A DNA stretch of 64,000 nt. Source: Dehalococcoidia bacterium (GTDB taxonomy: Bacteria; Chloroflexota; Dehalococcoidia; Lucifugimonadales; Australimonadaceae). The translations under genes and the position numbers were made by a program. The stretch is from NCBI GenBank assembly GCA_965248065.1, contig OZ252088.1:1827343-1891342 (forward strand), read 5' to 3'. Positions 29,239-37,805 of the stretch are shown in pieces. Each line of letters starts with the position of its first letter. Positions within the stretch are counted from its first letter, which is position 1. The notes under the pieces were generated by a model, which was not told the origin of the DNA, ran no database searches, and saw only the letters and a program-made list of their open reading frames with translations.

Positions 29239-29264
29239 GGTTCGTGGTGAGCCTGTCGAACCAC
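29239..29264. repeat. REP-like family GGTTCGTGGTGAGCCTGTCGAACCAC
   Basis: Copies at ~33835 and inverted at ~37240. Confidence 0.7.
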
Positions 29265-29331
29265 GCCCCCCCTCGCAACCTCCCCCCCTCTGCCGACGCG
29301 CGGGGGTCGGCGGTTGTTTTCGGGGAGCAAA

Positions 29332-30561
29332 TCACCTTCTTGGTGGGGTTTTTACTCGTAAAGGCGGAAGACTTGTGTCGCCGAAAGGGGTACTTTCGCC
29401 TTCTTGGTCGGGGCTGTTTAGCAGGCCACGGCCTGCTTCCCGCGACCAAGAATGCGAGCGAAATGTGTTTTCACGCATCGGAGAGCCGTGCGGGGGGTCT
29501 CGTGTCCCCCGATGCCTTTCCGCGATTTCCCGGTCCTGTCCGCGCCATAGGTGTTCCTCGTCCGATGATTTCTGAATGGTGAATCCACATTTGAAGTGCA
29601 ACACCTGCTCCTCGACGACCCCCGCCGGTGTCCGGTAGCCCAGGCACTTGCGCGGCGTATTGTTGTACGCCTGCCCGATCAGCGCAAACCGCTCATCCGA
29701 CACCTCCCCCAGATTCGTCCCCCGCGGCAGGAACCGCCGCAGCCGGCCGATCGCGTTCTCCACTCCCCCCTTCTGCCACGGCGAGTACGTGTCGCAGAAG
29801 AACGTCTCGATGCCCAACCGGTGGAGCTCGTAGTGACGGGTGAACTCGGTCCCATTGTCGAAGGTCACCGTCTGGCGAAACTCCGGCGGCAACGGCCCCA
29901 GCATCCGGGCGATGGACTCCGCGATCGGCCCCGCCTCCTTCGACGGCGCACGCGCGAGAAGCAAGAGGCGCGAGGAGCGTTCCTGCAGGGCCAACACCAC
30001 CTCTCCCGACCTCCCGAACTGCATCGTGTCCGCCTCCCAGTGCCCGAAGGTCCGCCGGTCGGCCGCCGCTGCAGGCCGTTCCGAGAGCGCCCTCCGGAGG
30101 GGGATGAAGGAAACCGAGCTTCCCCCCCTGCGGCCCCGCCTCCCCCGCTTCCACTTCGCCCTCGGCAAGTAGCGCCGCCAATCATGGTCTTTGTGCCGCG
30201 CGGCCTGGGCGTAGACGAACCGGTAGATGCTCTCGTCCGAGGTCACCGTCCGGCCCTCCTCTCTGCGCATCTCATGGGCGACCTGCTCCGGCGACCACCC
30301 CCACTTCAGGCCCGCCAAGACCCGCTCCCGCAACCCCTCGTCCCGTTCCAGCCGCGCCCCCGTCCAGCGCCGCGCGCGGGCACGCTCCTGGGCCGGCGAC
30401 GCTTGGTACCCGCCCGTTCGCAGCGCGTTCCGCTTCAGCTCCCGAGCCACGGTCGATGCCGCGCGATCCAGAGTTGTAGCGACTTGCCGGACCGAGGAGC
30501 CCTTGGCGCGTAAGCGGGCAATCTCACACCGTTCCTCAATGCAGAGCTGTCTGTATTCCAT
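29332..30561 (-). CDS. IS30 transposase (reads through the right end)
   Basis: HTH N-terminus, GHWEAD, TFDNGTEF, PWQKGGVEN, NNTPRKCLG. Confidence 0.92.
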   Translation of the reverse strand: MEYRQLCIEERCEIARLRAKGSSVRQVATTLDRAASTVARELKRNALRTGGYQASPAQERARARRWTGARLERDEGLRERVLAGLKWGWSPEQVAHEMRREEGRTVTSDESIYRFVYAQAARHKDHDWRRYLPRAKWKRGRRGRRGGSSVSFIPLRRALSERPAAAADRRTFGHWEADTMQFGRSGEVVLALQERSSRLLLLARAPSKEAGPIAESIARMLGPLPPEFRQTVTFDNGTEFTRHYELHRLGIETFFCDTYSPWQKGGVENAIGRLRRFLPRGTNLGEVSDERFALIGQAYNNTPRKCLGYRTPAGVVEEQVLHFKCGFTIQKSSDEEHLWRGQDREIAERHRGTRDPPHGSPMRENTFRSHSWSREAGRGLLNSPDQEGESTPFGDTSLPPLRVKTPPRR

Positions 30562-30603
30562 GGCAACACCCTAATCTGGTGTTGCACTTCGTTTGTGGAT
30601 TCA
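29580..30603 (-). mobile_element. IS30 family element copy 1 (1024 bp)
   Basis: 26-bp imperfect TIR TGAATCCACAAACGAAGTGCAACACC / GGTGTTGCACTTCAAATGTGGATTCA. Confidence 0.95.
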
Positions 30604-30703
30604 GGGAACCTCGTAGCGGCGCAACAGCGCCACGATCCCCTCCCTTCGCGCCCTTGACGCGGCCTGCCCGGACGCCAAGAATGCGCGGCGAGCGAGGTGA
30701 GCC

Positions 30704-31165
30704 ATGTCAGAAGCGAACAAGGCCGCCATCCGGCGGCTGTATAACCGGGTCTACAACGAGGGCGACATCGGCCTCATAGACGAGATGTACTCCCCCGAGG
30801 TCGAGCTGCACATCGCGGGCATCCCGGAGGACCCCTTCGGCCCCCGGCCCATCAAAGAGCTCGCGACGATGACGCGCACTGCCTTCCCCGCCGTCCACGT
30901 CACCATCGACGACCTCGTCGCGGCGGACGACAAGGTCGTGGCGAGCGTCTCGTTCAACGGGACGTTCCAAGGGACGTTCAACGGCCACTCGCCGCGCGCG
31001 AACCTCTCGTGGTGGCGGCGCATCGACATCTACCGGCTGGCGAAAGGCGTCATCGTCGAGCAGTGGGGCGACCGCGACGACTACACGACGCTCCAGCGCC
31101 TAGGCGTAGCAGTCCCCCACTTCGAGGACACCCGTCCGAACGCCCGCTCCGCCGGCCGCCTCTAG
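30704..31165 (+). CDS. SnoaL-like ester cyclase
   Basis: NKAAIRR, AFPAVHVTIDDLVAADDKV, IVEQWG. Confidence 0.85.
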   Translation: MSEANKAAIRRLYNRVYNEGDIGLIDEMYSPEVELHIAGIPEDPFGPRPIKELATMTRTAFPAVHVTIDDLVAADDKVVASVSFNGTFQGTFNGHSPRANLSWWRRIDIYRLAKGVIVEQWGDRDDYTTLQRLGVAVPHFEDTRPNARSAGRL

Positions 31166-31182
31166 CGCAGCGGGGAGGGGAC

Positions 31183-31731
31183 TCAGCGAGTGAGGTTACG
31201 TAAAACCTCGTAAGCGTCAGACAGGCGCCCTCCCCACTCGTCCAGCCAGCGAGGCGGGGCGTCTGCATCGAAGCTTAGCCATGAGGTGTCTCTGCCCCCC
31301 TGCCCTCCGTGCTGATAGGCAACACCCAAAGGATGCGTCATTAGAACGTGCTTCGGTATCGCCCAGCACTGAGCATCGAAGGGACTTATCCCCAAGCAGA
31401 TCACGATGTCGTACTCCTGATCCCGTATCTGCTGGAACTTGAACACCCCTGATTCCCACAGCGTAGAGCCTTTGATTTCGGTGCGTAGACCCCCGATTAC
31501 ACGGTCCGCGTCTGAATTCGGCGCGGCGATGACATCGAATCCTTTGGCTGCGCACCACCCGGCGACGGGCTGTTCTACAATCTTGCCCTTTCTTCGTGAC
31601 TGCTGCTGCCTAATCCAACCGAATGGGCTAGCGCGCCAGTCGTCCACCTTAGACACGTAATCCGATTCGAGAGACCCCGCGAGGCCAGCCAGTATTTGGA
31701 CTTCAGGGTCAGTGATAAGCCGCTGTATCAC
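31183..31731 (-). CDS. putative PD-(D/E)xK restriction endonuclease
   Basis: DADRVIGGLRTEIKGS motif; overlaps the MTase stop (GTGA); lower GC. Confidence 0.6.
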   Translation of the reverse strand: MIQRLITDPEVQILAGLAGSLESDYVSKVDDWRASPFGWIRQQQSRRKGKIVEQPVAGWCAAKGFDVIAAPNSDADRVIGGLRTEIKGSTLWESGVFKFQQIRDQEYDIVICLGISPFDAQCWAIPKHVLMTHPLGVAYQHGGQGGRDTSWLSFDADAPPRWLDEWGGRLSDAYEVLRNLTR

Positions 31732-32618
31732 AGCATTCCTTTGAGGGACGCGTGCGAAGCTACGTGTTCAGGCGTGAAGCCGACGCACTCGGGATTGCTG
31801 GACGCCAAGCGTCGCGCCATGATTCGGGCGGCGTCGGGGCTGCTGTCTACGAGCCAGTAGCGCCTTCCATTGCGCACGGCGGCCTCGCCTGTCGTGCCGG
31901 AGCCCGCAAAGAAGTCGAGCACCAACTCGCCGGGGTTAGAGTGAACGCGCACGATGCGTTCCAGGATGGCGAGCGGCTTCTGAGTGGGGTAGCCCGTGCG
32001 CTCGTGCCCGTTCGTGGGAACGATAGTCTGCCACCAAACATCGGTCGGCGTCTTACCCCGCGCCGCCTTCTCCGGCCCCACGAGTCCTGGCGCCATGTAC
32101 GGAATACGGTCTACCGCCTCGTAGTTGAAGGTGTAGCAGCGAGGGTCTTTCACATACCAGAGCAGCGAGTCGTGCTTGGCCGGCCAACGGTCTTTCGGGC
32201 GTCCCCCATAGTCGTAGGCCCAGATAATCTCATTCATGAAGCAGTCGTGGCCGAAGAGCGCGTCCAGCAGCACCTTGCAGTAGTGAACCTCCCTGTAGTC
32301 GAGATGCAGGAAGAAGGAGCCGGAGGGCGAGAGGATACGACGCGCCTCCGTCAAGCGAGGCTCGATGAAATCCAGAAAGTCCTCGAATACGTCGGGGAAC
32401 GAGAGCGCGCCGAGCTTGACCGTCCGGTATCGACGCCCTTGGAAGCCTATGCGATCGCCGGACGCGTCGTCGCGCTCCGTGCGCAGACGTTCGCGCCGCT
32501 GAGTTTTGCCGGTGTTGAACGGCGGGTCTATGTAGATGAGCGAGGCGGCGCCGTCCTTGATAGTAGGCAGGACATCAAGGTTGTCCCCCAGCACAATACG
32601 GTTCGCTGCTGCGCTCAC
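31728..32618 (-). CDS. site-specific N4C/N6A DNA methyltransferase (beta class)
   Basis: DPPF motif IV precedes YPTQKP and FAGSGTT motif I. Confidence 0.92.
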   Translation of the reverse strand: MSAAANRIVLGDNLDVLPTIKDGAASLIYIDPPFNTGKTQRRERLRTERDDASGDRIGFQGRRYRTVKLGALSFPDVFEDFLDFIEPRLTEARRILSPSGSFFLHLDYREVHYCKVLLDALFGHDCFMNEIIWAYDYGGRPKDRWPAKHDSLLWYVKDPRCYTFNYEAVDRIPYMAPGLVGPEKAARGKTPTDVWWQTIVPTNGHERTGYPTQKPLAILERIVRVHSNPGELVLDFFAGSGTTGEAAVRNGRRYWLVDSSPDAARIMARRLASSNPECVGFTPEHVASHASLKGML

Positions 32619-32629
32619 CCTCCCTCTAC

Positions 32630-33688
32630 CTACTCGACGATCCCGTACAGCCGCCCCGGGTTGTCCGTGAGGATCTTGTCCACCACTCGCGACTCCAGCA
32701 GGCCGCTGCCCTTCAGCGACTTCAGCGCCTCCAGCTCGCTCGACGTGTCCGAGTGGCCGTAGTCGGAGCCGATCATGAGGTTGTCCTCCGAGGCGTGCTC
32801 GAGGATGTACGGCAGGTCGTCGTTGGTCTGGCAGGCCACATACATGCGGTTGTCGCCGAGCACGTCGTCGCCAAGGCTCCACCCTTCCCGCTCCACACGG
32901 CGGTAGAGGTCGTTGAGGATGTAGGGGACCCAGTTCGCGGCGACCTCGATGAAGCCGAAGCGCAGGCCGGGGAAGCGCTGGGGAACGCGCTTGAAGAGAA
33001 GAGAGTGGAACGAGCTGATCACCGGGAGCTTGTTGCGCGCGAACGCGTCGCCGTCCGTGAGCTCGACGAACGCAGGATTGCCGCAGCCGGCGTGGACGGT
33101 GATCGGCAGGTCGTTCTCGACGCAGGCCTCGTACAGCGGGTCGAAGTACTCGTCCGTGAGGCGCCGATTGTTCTCGTAGCCGCGCATGAAGACGCCGACG
33201 GCGCCGTTGTCCTTACCGAAACGCAGCTGATCGGCGACCGCATCCATGGTGTCCAGGGGCGGGACGACGACCCATCGGAGACGCCCGCCGCTCTGCGCCC
33301 AAACGTCGGCCATCCAGCGGTTGTAGCTCTTCGCCAGCGCCACCTCCACGTCCGGCCGCTCCGTTATCCGAGTGAGGTAGATCGTCGGGTAGAGCACCTG
33401 CACGTCGACCCCCAGCTCGTCCATGTGCGCGAGCCGCGCGTCGATGTCGGCGAGGGAGCGGGTCTGGAACGTGGTCTCCGAGAAGCCGGACATCTTCTCG
33501 GACGGCGCGCCGGTCGCGCTGGTGCCGAAGGGGCGCTGGCGGGCCCGGCCGTCGATGACCCACATGGGGCGGTCCGGGCGGTCCGGGTTCTCGACCGCCT
33601 TGGGCTTGAACTCGATGTCCTGGGGGTCCAGGTACCCCCAGGTCTGTTCGCTTTCGATCACATGGCAGTCAGCATCGATTACGGGCAT
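32630..33688 (-). CDS. amidohydrolase family 2 protein
   Basis: IDADCH, GVDVQVLYPT, GSDYGH. Confidence 0.9.
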   Translation of the reverse strand: MPVIDADCHVIESEQTWGYLDPQDIEFKPKAVENPDRPDRPMWVIDGRARQRPFGTSATGAPSEKMSGFSETTFQTRSLADIDARLAHMDELGVDVQVLYPTIYLTRITERPDVEVALAKSYNRWMADVWAQSGGRLRWVVVPPLDTMDAVADQLRFGKDNGAVGVFMRGYENNRRLTDEYFDPLYEACVENDLPITVHAGCGNPAFVELTDGDAFARNKLPVISSFHSLLFKRVPQRFPGLRFGFIEVAANWVPYILNDLYRRVEREGWSLGDDVLGDNRMYVACQTNDDLPYILEHASEDNLMIGSDYGHSDTSSELEALKSLKGSGLLESRVVDKILTDNPGRLYGIVE

Positions 33689-33967
33689 CGCTATCGCCTC
33701 CTGAGCTGATGGCGCAAGGTTACACCTTTCGAGCGCGCATCCCCACCCCCAACCTCTCCCCCACAGACGGGACTTTGCATAACCGTAGGGGCGGTCAAGG
33801 GCCGCCCTACCCAATCGTTCGCCCTTTCCCAATCGGTTCGTGGTGAGCCTGTCGAACCACGCCGCCTTCTTCCTCGCAGCCGAGGACCTATTCTTCCCTT
33901 CTCCCCCCAAGCAGGAAGGGGTTATTCTTCCTCTTCCCCTTCTGCAGGGGAGGATCGAGGTGCGGGC

Positions 33968-34426
33968 ATGGTCAAGAGCGACGCGGGAACGGTCGAGGAG
34001 TACCTGGCGGAGCTGGTGCCCGAGCGTAGGGAGGCGGTGGCCGCCGTGCGCGAGGTGGTCCTCGATAACCTGCCGGAAGGGTACGAGGAATGCATGCAGT
34101 TCGGGATGATCGGGTACGTCGTGCCCCTGAGTCGGCGCCCGGACACGTACAACAAGCAGCCCCTGGCCCTCGCCGCGCTGGCCTCGCAGAAGCAGTACAT
34201 GGCGCTCTACCTGAACAGCGTCTACGCGGACCCGGCCGCCCATGAGCGGTTCGTGGCCGCGTACCGGGCGAGCGGCAAGCGCCTCGACATGGGCAAGTCC
34301 TGCGTCCGCTTCAAGCGTCTCGCCGACCTCCCCCTCGACCTCATCGCCCGCACGATCGCGGGAACCAGCGTGGACGACTTCCTCTCGTTCTACGAGGCGT
34401 CGCGCAGCAAGGCCAAGCGCAGCTAA
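33968..34426 (+). CDS. DUF1801/YdhG-like protein
   Basis: TVEEYL..ERR, ALASQKQY, LDMGKSCVRFK. Confidence 0.85.
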   Translation: MVKSDAGTVEEYLAELVPERREAVAAVREVVLDNLPEGYEECMQFGMIGYVVPLSRRPDTYNKQPLALAALASQKQYMALYLNSVYADPAAHERFVAAYRASGKRLDMGKSCVRFKRLADLPLDLIARTIAGTSVDDFLSFYEASRSKAKRS

Positions 34427-34599
34427 GCCGGCCCCTCCGACGATTCCTGGATTCCCGTCTGCACGGGAATGACGGGTGGGGTTTCCCGCAGACGGCCCCT
34501 TCTCTGACTCTCCCCCGTGTGCGGGGGAGAGGACCGCGTCGCTATCGCGCCGCTGCGAGGTTCCCGCCTTCGCGGGAATGACGGAATGGGGAGGCATGG

Positions 34600-35229
34600 T
34601 TAGAACCAGACGTTCATGTTGGGGGGTTCCATGAAGGCGAGGGCGAGGGCGTCGGCTTTGTCGGGGGAGGGGACGCCTTGGCGGCGGAGGGTCGCCTTGC
34701 TTTCGAGGTGGATGCGCCCCGCCGACGAGATGTCGTAGCGCTGCGCGAGGAGCTGGCCCGCAAGCTCGTCGTCGGGCGGGAGGGACATCTGCCCCTCGCG
34801 GAGGCGGCGGGCCAGCTCCCAGAACGTCTCGGCCCGCATGTCGGCGAACTGGGCGGGACGGTAGGCCCTGCCGCCGCCCTCGACGCCGATGACGGGGACG
34901 CGGAGCTGCTTCAGGCGGTCGACGACGCCCCCGCCGACGCCTGTTTCGTCGACGAAGATGGCGGGGACGCGCAGGGTCTCGGCGAGCTCGCGGACCTCGT
35001 CGGCGAGGCGCATGGTGTCCTTCCGCTCGAAGGTGATGAGGCGCTCGACGCGGTCGCCGCGGCGGAGGCAGATGACGGACTTGTCGTTGCCGAACCGGGC
35101 GACGTCCACGCCCATGCGCCAGGGCTGGTTGAGGTGGGGGCCGTCGCTGGGCGGGATGAGGGGGGCCGCCTCCCCCGCAGACGGGAGAGGAGAGGGATCG
35201 CTGCGCTGTCGCGCCGCTACGAGGTTCCC
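34600..35229 (-). pseudogene. terminase large subunit, C-terminal nuclease fragment
   Basis: GVDVARFGNDKSV, VDETGVGGGVVD, RAETFW, LESK, SPDKADAL. Confidence 0.85.
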
Positions 35230-36253
35230 TGAATCCACAAACGAAGTGCAACACCAGATTAGGGTGTTGCCATGGAATACAGACAGCTCTGCATTGAGGA
35301 ACGGTGTGAGATTGCCCGCTTACGCGCCAAGGGCTCCTCGGTCCGGCAAGTCGCTACAACTCTGGATCGCGCGGCATCGACCGTGGCTCGGGAGCTGAAG
35401 CGGAACGCGCTGCGAACGGACGGGTACCAAGCGTCGCCGGCCCAGGAGCGTGCCCGCGCGCGGCGCTGGACGGGGGCGCGGCTGGAACGGGACGAGGGGT
35501 TGCGGGAGCGGGTCTTGGCGGGCCTGAAGTGGGGGTGGTCGCCGGAGCAGGTCGCCCATGAGATGCGCAGAGAGGAGGGCCGGACGGTGACCTCGGACGA
35601 GAGCATCTACCGGTTCGTCTACGCCCAGGCCGCGCGGCACAAAGACCATGATTGGCGGCGCTACTTGCCGAGGGCGAAGTGGAAGCGGGGGAGGCGGGGC
35701 CGCAGGGGGGGAAGCTCGGTTTCCTTCATTCCCCTCCGCCGACCCGTTGCTGAGCGGCCTGCAGCGGCGGCCGACCGGCGGACCTTCGGGCACTGGGAGG
35801 CGGACACGATGCAGTTCGGGAGGTCGGGAGAGGTGGTGTTGGCCCTGCAGGAACGCTCCTCGCGCCTCTTGCTCCTCGCGCGTGCGCCGTCGAAGGAGGC
35901 GGGGCCGATCGCGGAGTCCATCGCCCGGATGCTGGGGCCGTTGCCGCCGGAGTTTCGCCAGACGGTGACCTTCGACAATGGGACCGAGTTCACCCGTCAC
36001 TACGAGCTCCACCGGTTGGGCATCGAGACGTTCTTCTGCGACACGTACTCGCCGTGGCAGAAGGGGGGAGTGGAGAACGCGATCGGCCGGCTGCGGCGGT
36101 TCCTGCCGCGGGGGACGAATCTGGGGGAGGTGTCGGATGAGCGGTTTGCGCTGATCGGGCAGGCGTACAACAATACGCCGCGCAAGTGCCTGGGCTACCG
36201 GACACCGGCGGGGGTCGTCGAGGAGCAGGTGTTGCACTTCAAATGTGGATTCA
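35230..36253 (+). mobile_element. IS30 family element copy 2, interrupting terminase
   Basis: Same TIRs and length. Confidence 0.95.
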
Positions 36254-36876
36254 CCGTCTGGGCCCCACTCCTGGCGGCGCTCCTCCACGTCCTCGGGCGT
36301 GACGAGGCCGGGGAGCGCGTCGAGACGGCCCTCCTGGACGTTGGGGGAGTCGTAGGCGGAGATGGAGACGCGCTCGTAGAGGGGGCTCTTGCCGTGGTGG
36401 GAGTCGTAGAACTCGCCGGTGAGGCTGAGGGGGTTGCCCAACAGGAGCATCTTCTTGGGGTTGAGGCGTTTGAGCGCTTCGAAGTAGGGCTGCTTGACGC
36501 CTTGGGCCTCGGTGACGATGACGAGGAGCTCCGGGGAATGGAAGCCCTGCAGGTTGTGCTGGTTGTTGGAGGTGACGCAGAGGCCGACGCGGTCGGGGCC
36601 GGCGCGGTACTCGCCGACGCGGACGGCGCCGGAGAGCCGGTGTTTGGCGGCGGCGTGGGCGGCGCGCAGCTCCTCCCAGACGATCTCCTTGACCTGCCGG
36701 AGGGTGGGGCCGGTGACGATGACCTTGGCTTTGGGGCGTGTCTCGATCCACCAGAGGATGGCGCGGGCGGCGGCCCAGTCCTTGCCGGAGGAGTTGCATC
36801 CGACGACGGAGACGCGCCGTTTGTCGCTGACGAGGGCGCGGAGCAGCTCTTCCTGCTTGGCGTAGGGCGTCCCTGA
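35272..36876 (+). CDS. IS30 transposase with long read-through extension
   Basis: DDE motifs; no stop inside the IS. Confidence 0.85.
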   Translation: MEYRQLCIEERCEIARLRAKGSSVRQVATTLDRAASTVARELKRNALRTDGYQASPAQERARARRWTGARLERDEGLRERVLAGLKWGWSPEQVAHEMRREEGRTVTSDESIYRFVYAQAARHKDHDWRRYLPRAKWKRGRRGRRGGSSVSFIPLRRPVAERPAAAADRRTFGHWEADTMQFGRSGEVVLALQERSSRLLLLARAPSKEAGPIAESIARMLGPLPPEFRQTVTFDNGTEFTRHYELHRLGIETFFCDTYSPWQKGGVENAIGRLRRFLPRGTNLGEVSDERFALIGQAYNNTPRKCLGYRTPAGVVEEQVLHFKCGFTVWAPLLAALLHVLGRDEAGERVETALLDVGGVVGGDGDALVEGALAVVGVVELAGEAEGVAQQEHLLGVEAFERFEVGLLDALGLGDDDEELRGMEALQVVLVVGGDAEADAVGAGAVLADADGAGEPVFGGGVGGAQLLPDDLLDLPEGGAGDDDLGFGACLDPPEDGAGGGPVLAGGVASDDGDAPFVADEGAEQLFLLGVGRP

Positions 36877-36966
36877 TCCGGAGAGGATGTCTTTGACGAA
36901 CCCGAGGGGGTCGTCGCGGTAGGGTGAGAGGTCGATGGGGGCGTTCTTGGGGCGTGGGAGCTTGAT
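36256..36966 (-). pseudogene. terminase large subunit, N-terminal ATPase fragment
   Basis: YRDDPLGFV, GCNSSGKD Walker A, PTLRQVKEIVW, QGFH..LLVIVTEA Walker B region, LLGNP; AAAGGAGG RBS then ATC. Confidence 0.85.
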
Positions 36967-37002
36967 GGGGTCCTCCTTTCGTGGGTGGCGCCCGGTGGAA
37001 CG

Positions 37003-37040
37003 AAAAGAGCCGCCGGGCCTTGCTGTGGCTCCGGCGGCTC
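37003..37040 (-). terminator. intrinsic terminator-like hairpin in the terminase leader
   Basis: GAGCCGCCGG..CCGGCGGCTC followed by TTTT on the minus strand. Confidence 0.55.
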
Positions 37041-37374
37041 GTCCGCTCGGGGGTTCGGTGTGTCGGGTGTATGCTGGCGTGTGACGTTATTATGACATAG
37101 GATTGTCTATGGCGTCAAGGGGGTGGGTGTCCTCCCCCGCGCAGACGGAACCACCCCTAGCCCCTCCTTGGTAAGGAGGGGACGGGGTGGATTCCCGCCT
37201 GCGCGGGAATGACGGGAGGGGGCGCTGACTGGCGGCCCCGTGGTTCGACAAAGCTCACCACGAACCTATTGGGGAGCGGCGAACCTACCGCGGGCGGGGG
37301 TGGCGTGACGAGAGCGGCGCTGATATGACAATGGGCGCGCAGTAAGACGAAGCGCGGGCAAGGGGGCATTAGCC

Positions 37375-37716
37375 ATGATGGACAGGAGGGACGCGAAACT
37401 CCGAGTTCTCTACGAAGTGCTCATAGGGGTAGCCAAGGCCCACGGCATCACCTACTACGGCGATATAGCACCTCTCGTGAATAGGGCAGCCGTGGGACTT
37501 GGCGACCCCCTGGGAGTCATCAGCAGGAGCGAAATCGAGGCTGGGAGACCTATGCTGTCCGCAGTAGTGGCCTCGGTAGATACTGATATCCCGGGCTGGG
37601 GCTTCTTTGAACTCGCGATTTCATTGGGACGCTTCGACGGAGCTAATGGGGATGCGTTTATAGAGGAAGAGTTACGCAAGGTGCATGACTACTGGGCGAA
37701 CGCAGAGCACTGCTAA
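37375..37716 (+). CDS. hypothetical protein (lower GC cassette)
   Basis: ITYYGD..GRPMLSAVV..PGWGFF; clean ORF. Confidence 0.7.
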   Translation: MMDRRDAKLRVLYEVLIGVAKAHGITYYGDIAPLVNRAAVGLGDPLGVISRSEIEAGRPMLSAVVASVDTDIPGWGFFELAISLGRFDGANGDAFIEEELRKVHDYWANAEHC

Positions 37717-37805
37717 GTAGCCTCTGATTCAACCTCTTGCCCTTGCCACAGTGCCCTCGCTCTAACCCTCTCCCCTTGTAAGAATATGGGATCAGGAGGA
37801 TTTCA

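Noticed and set aside
28874-29449. N-terminal extensions of acs (and similarly of the 32630 amidohydrolase and 51367 Rieske ORFs)
   Set aside because: Extensions translate repeats or antisense DNA; RBS-supported starts lie downstream.
34600-37716. Prophage
   Set aside because: Only a terminase is present; no other phage genes.
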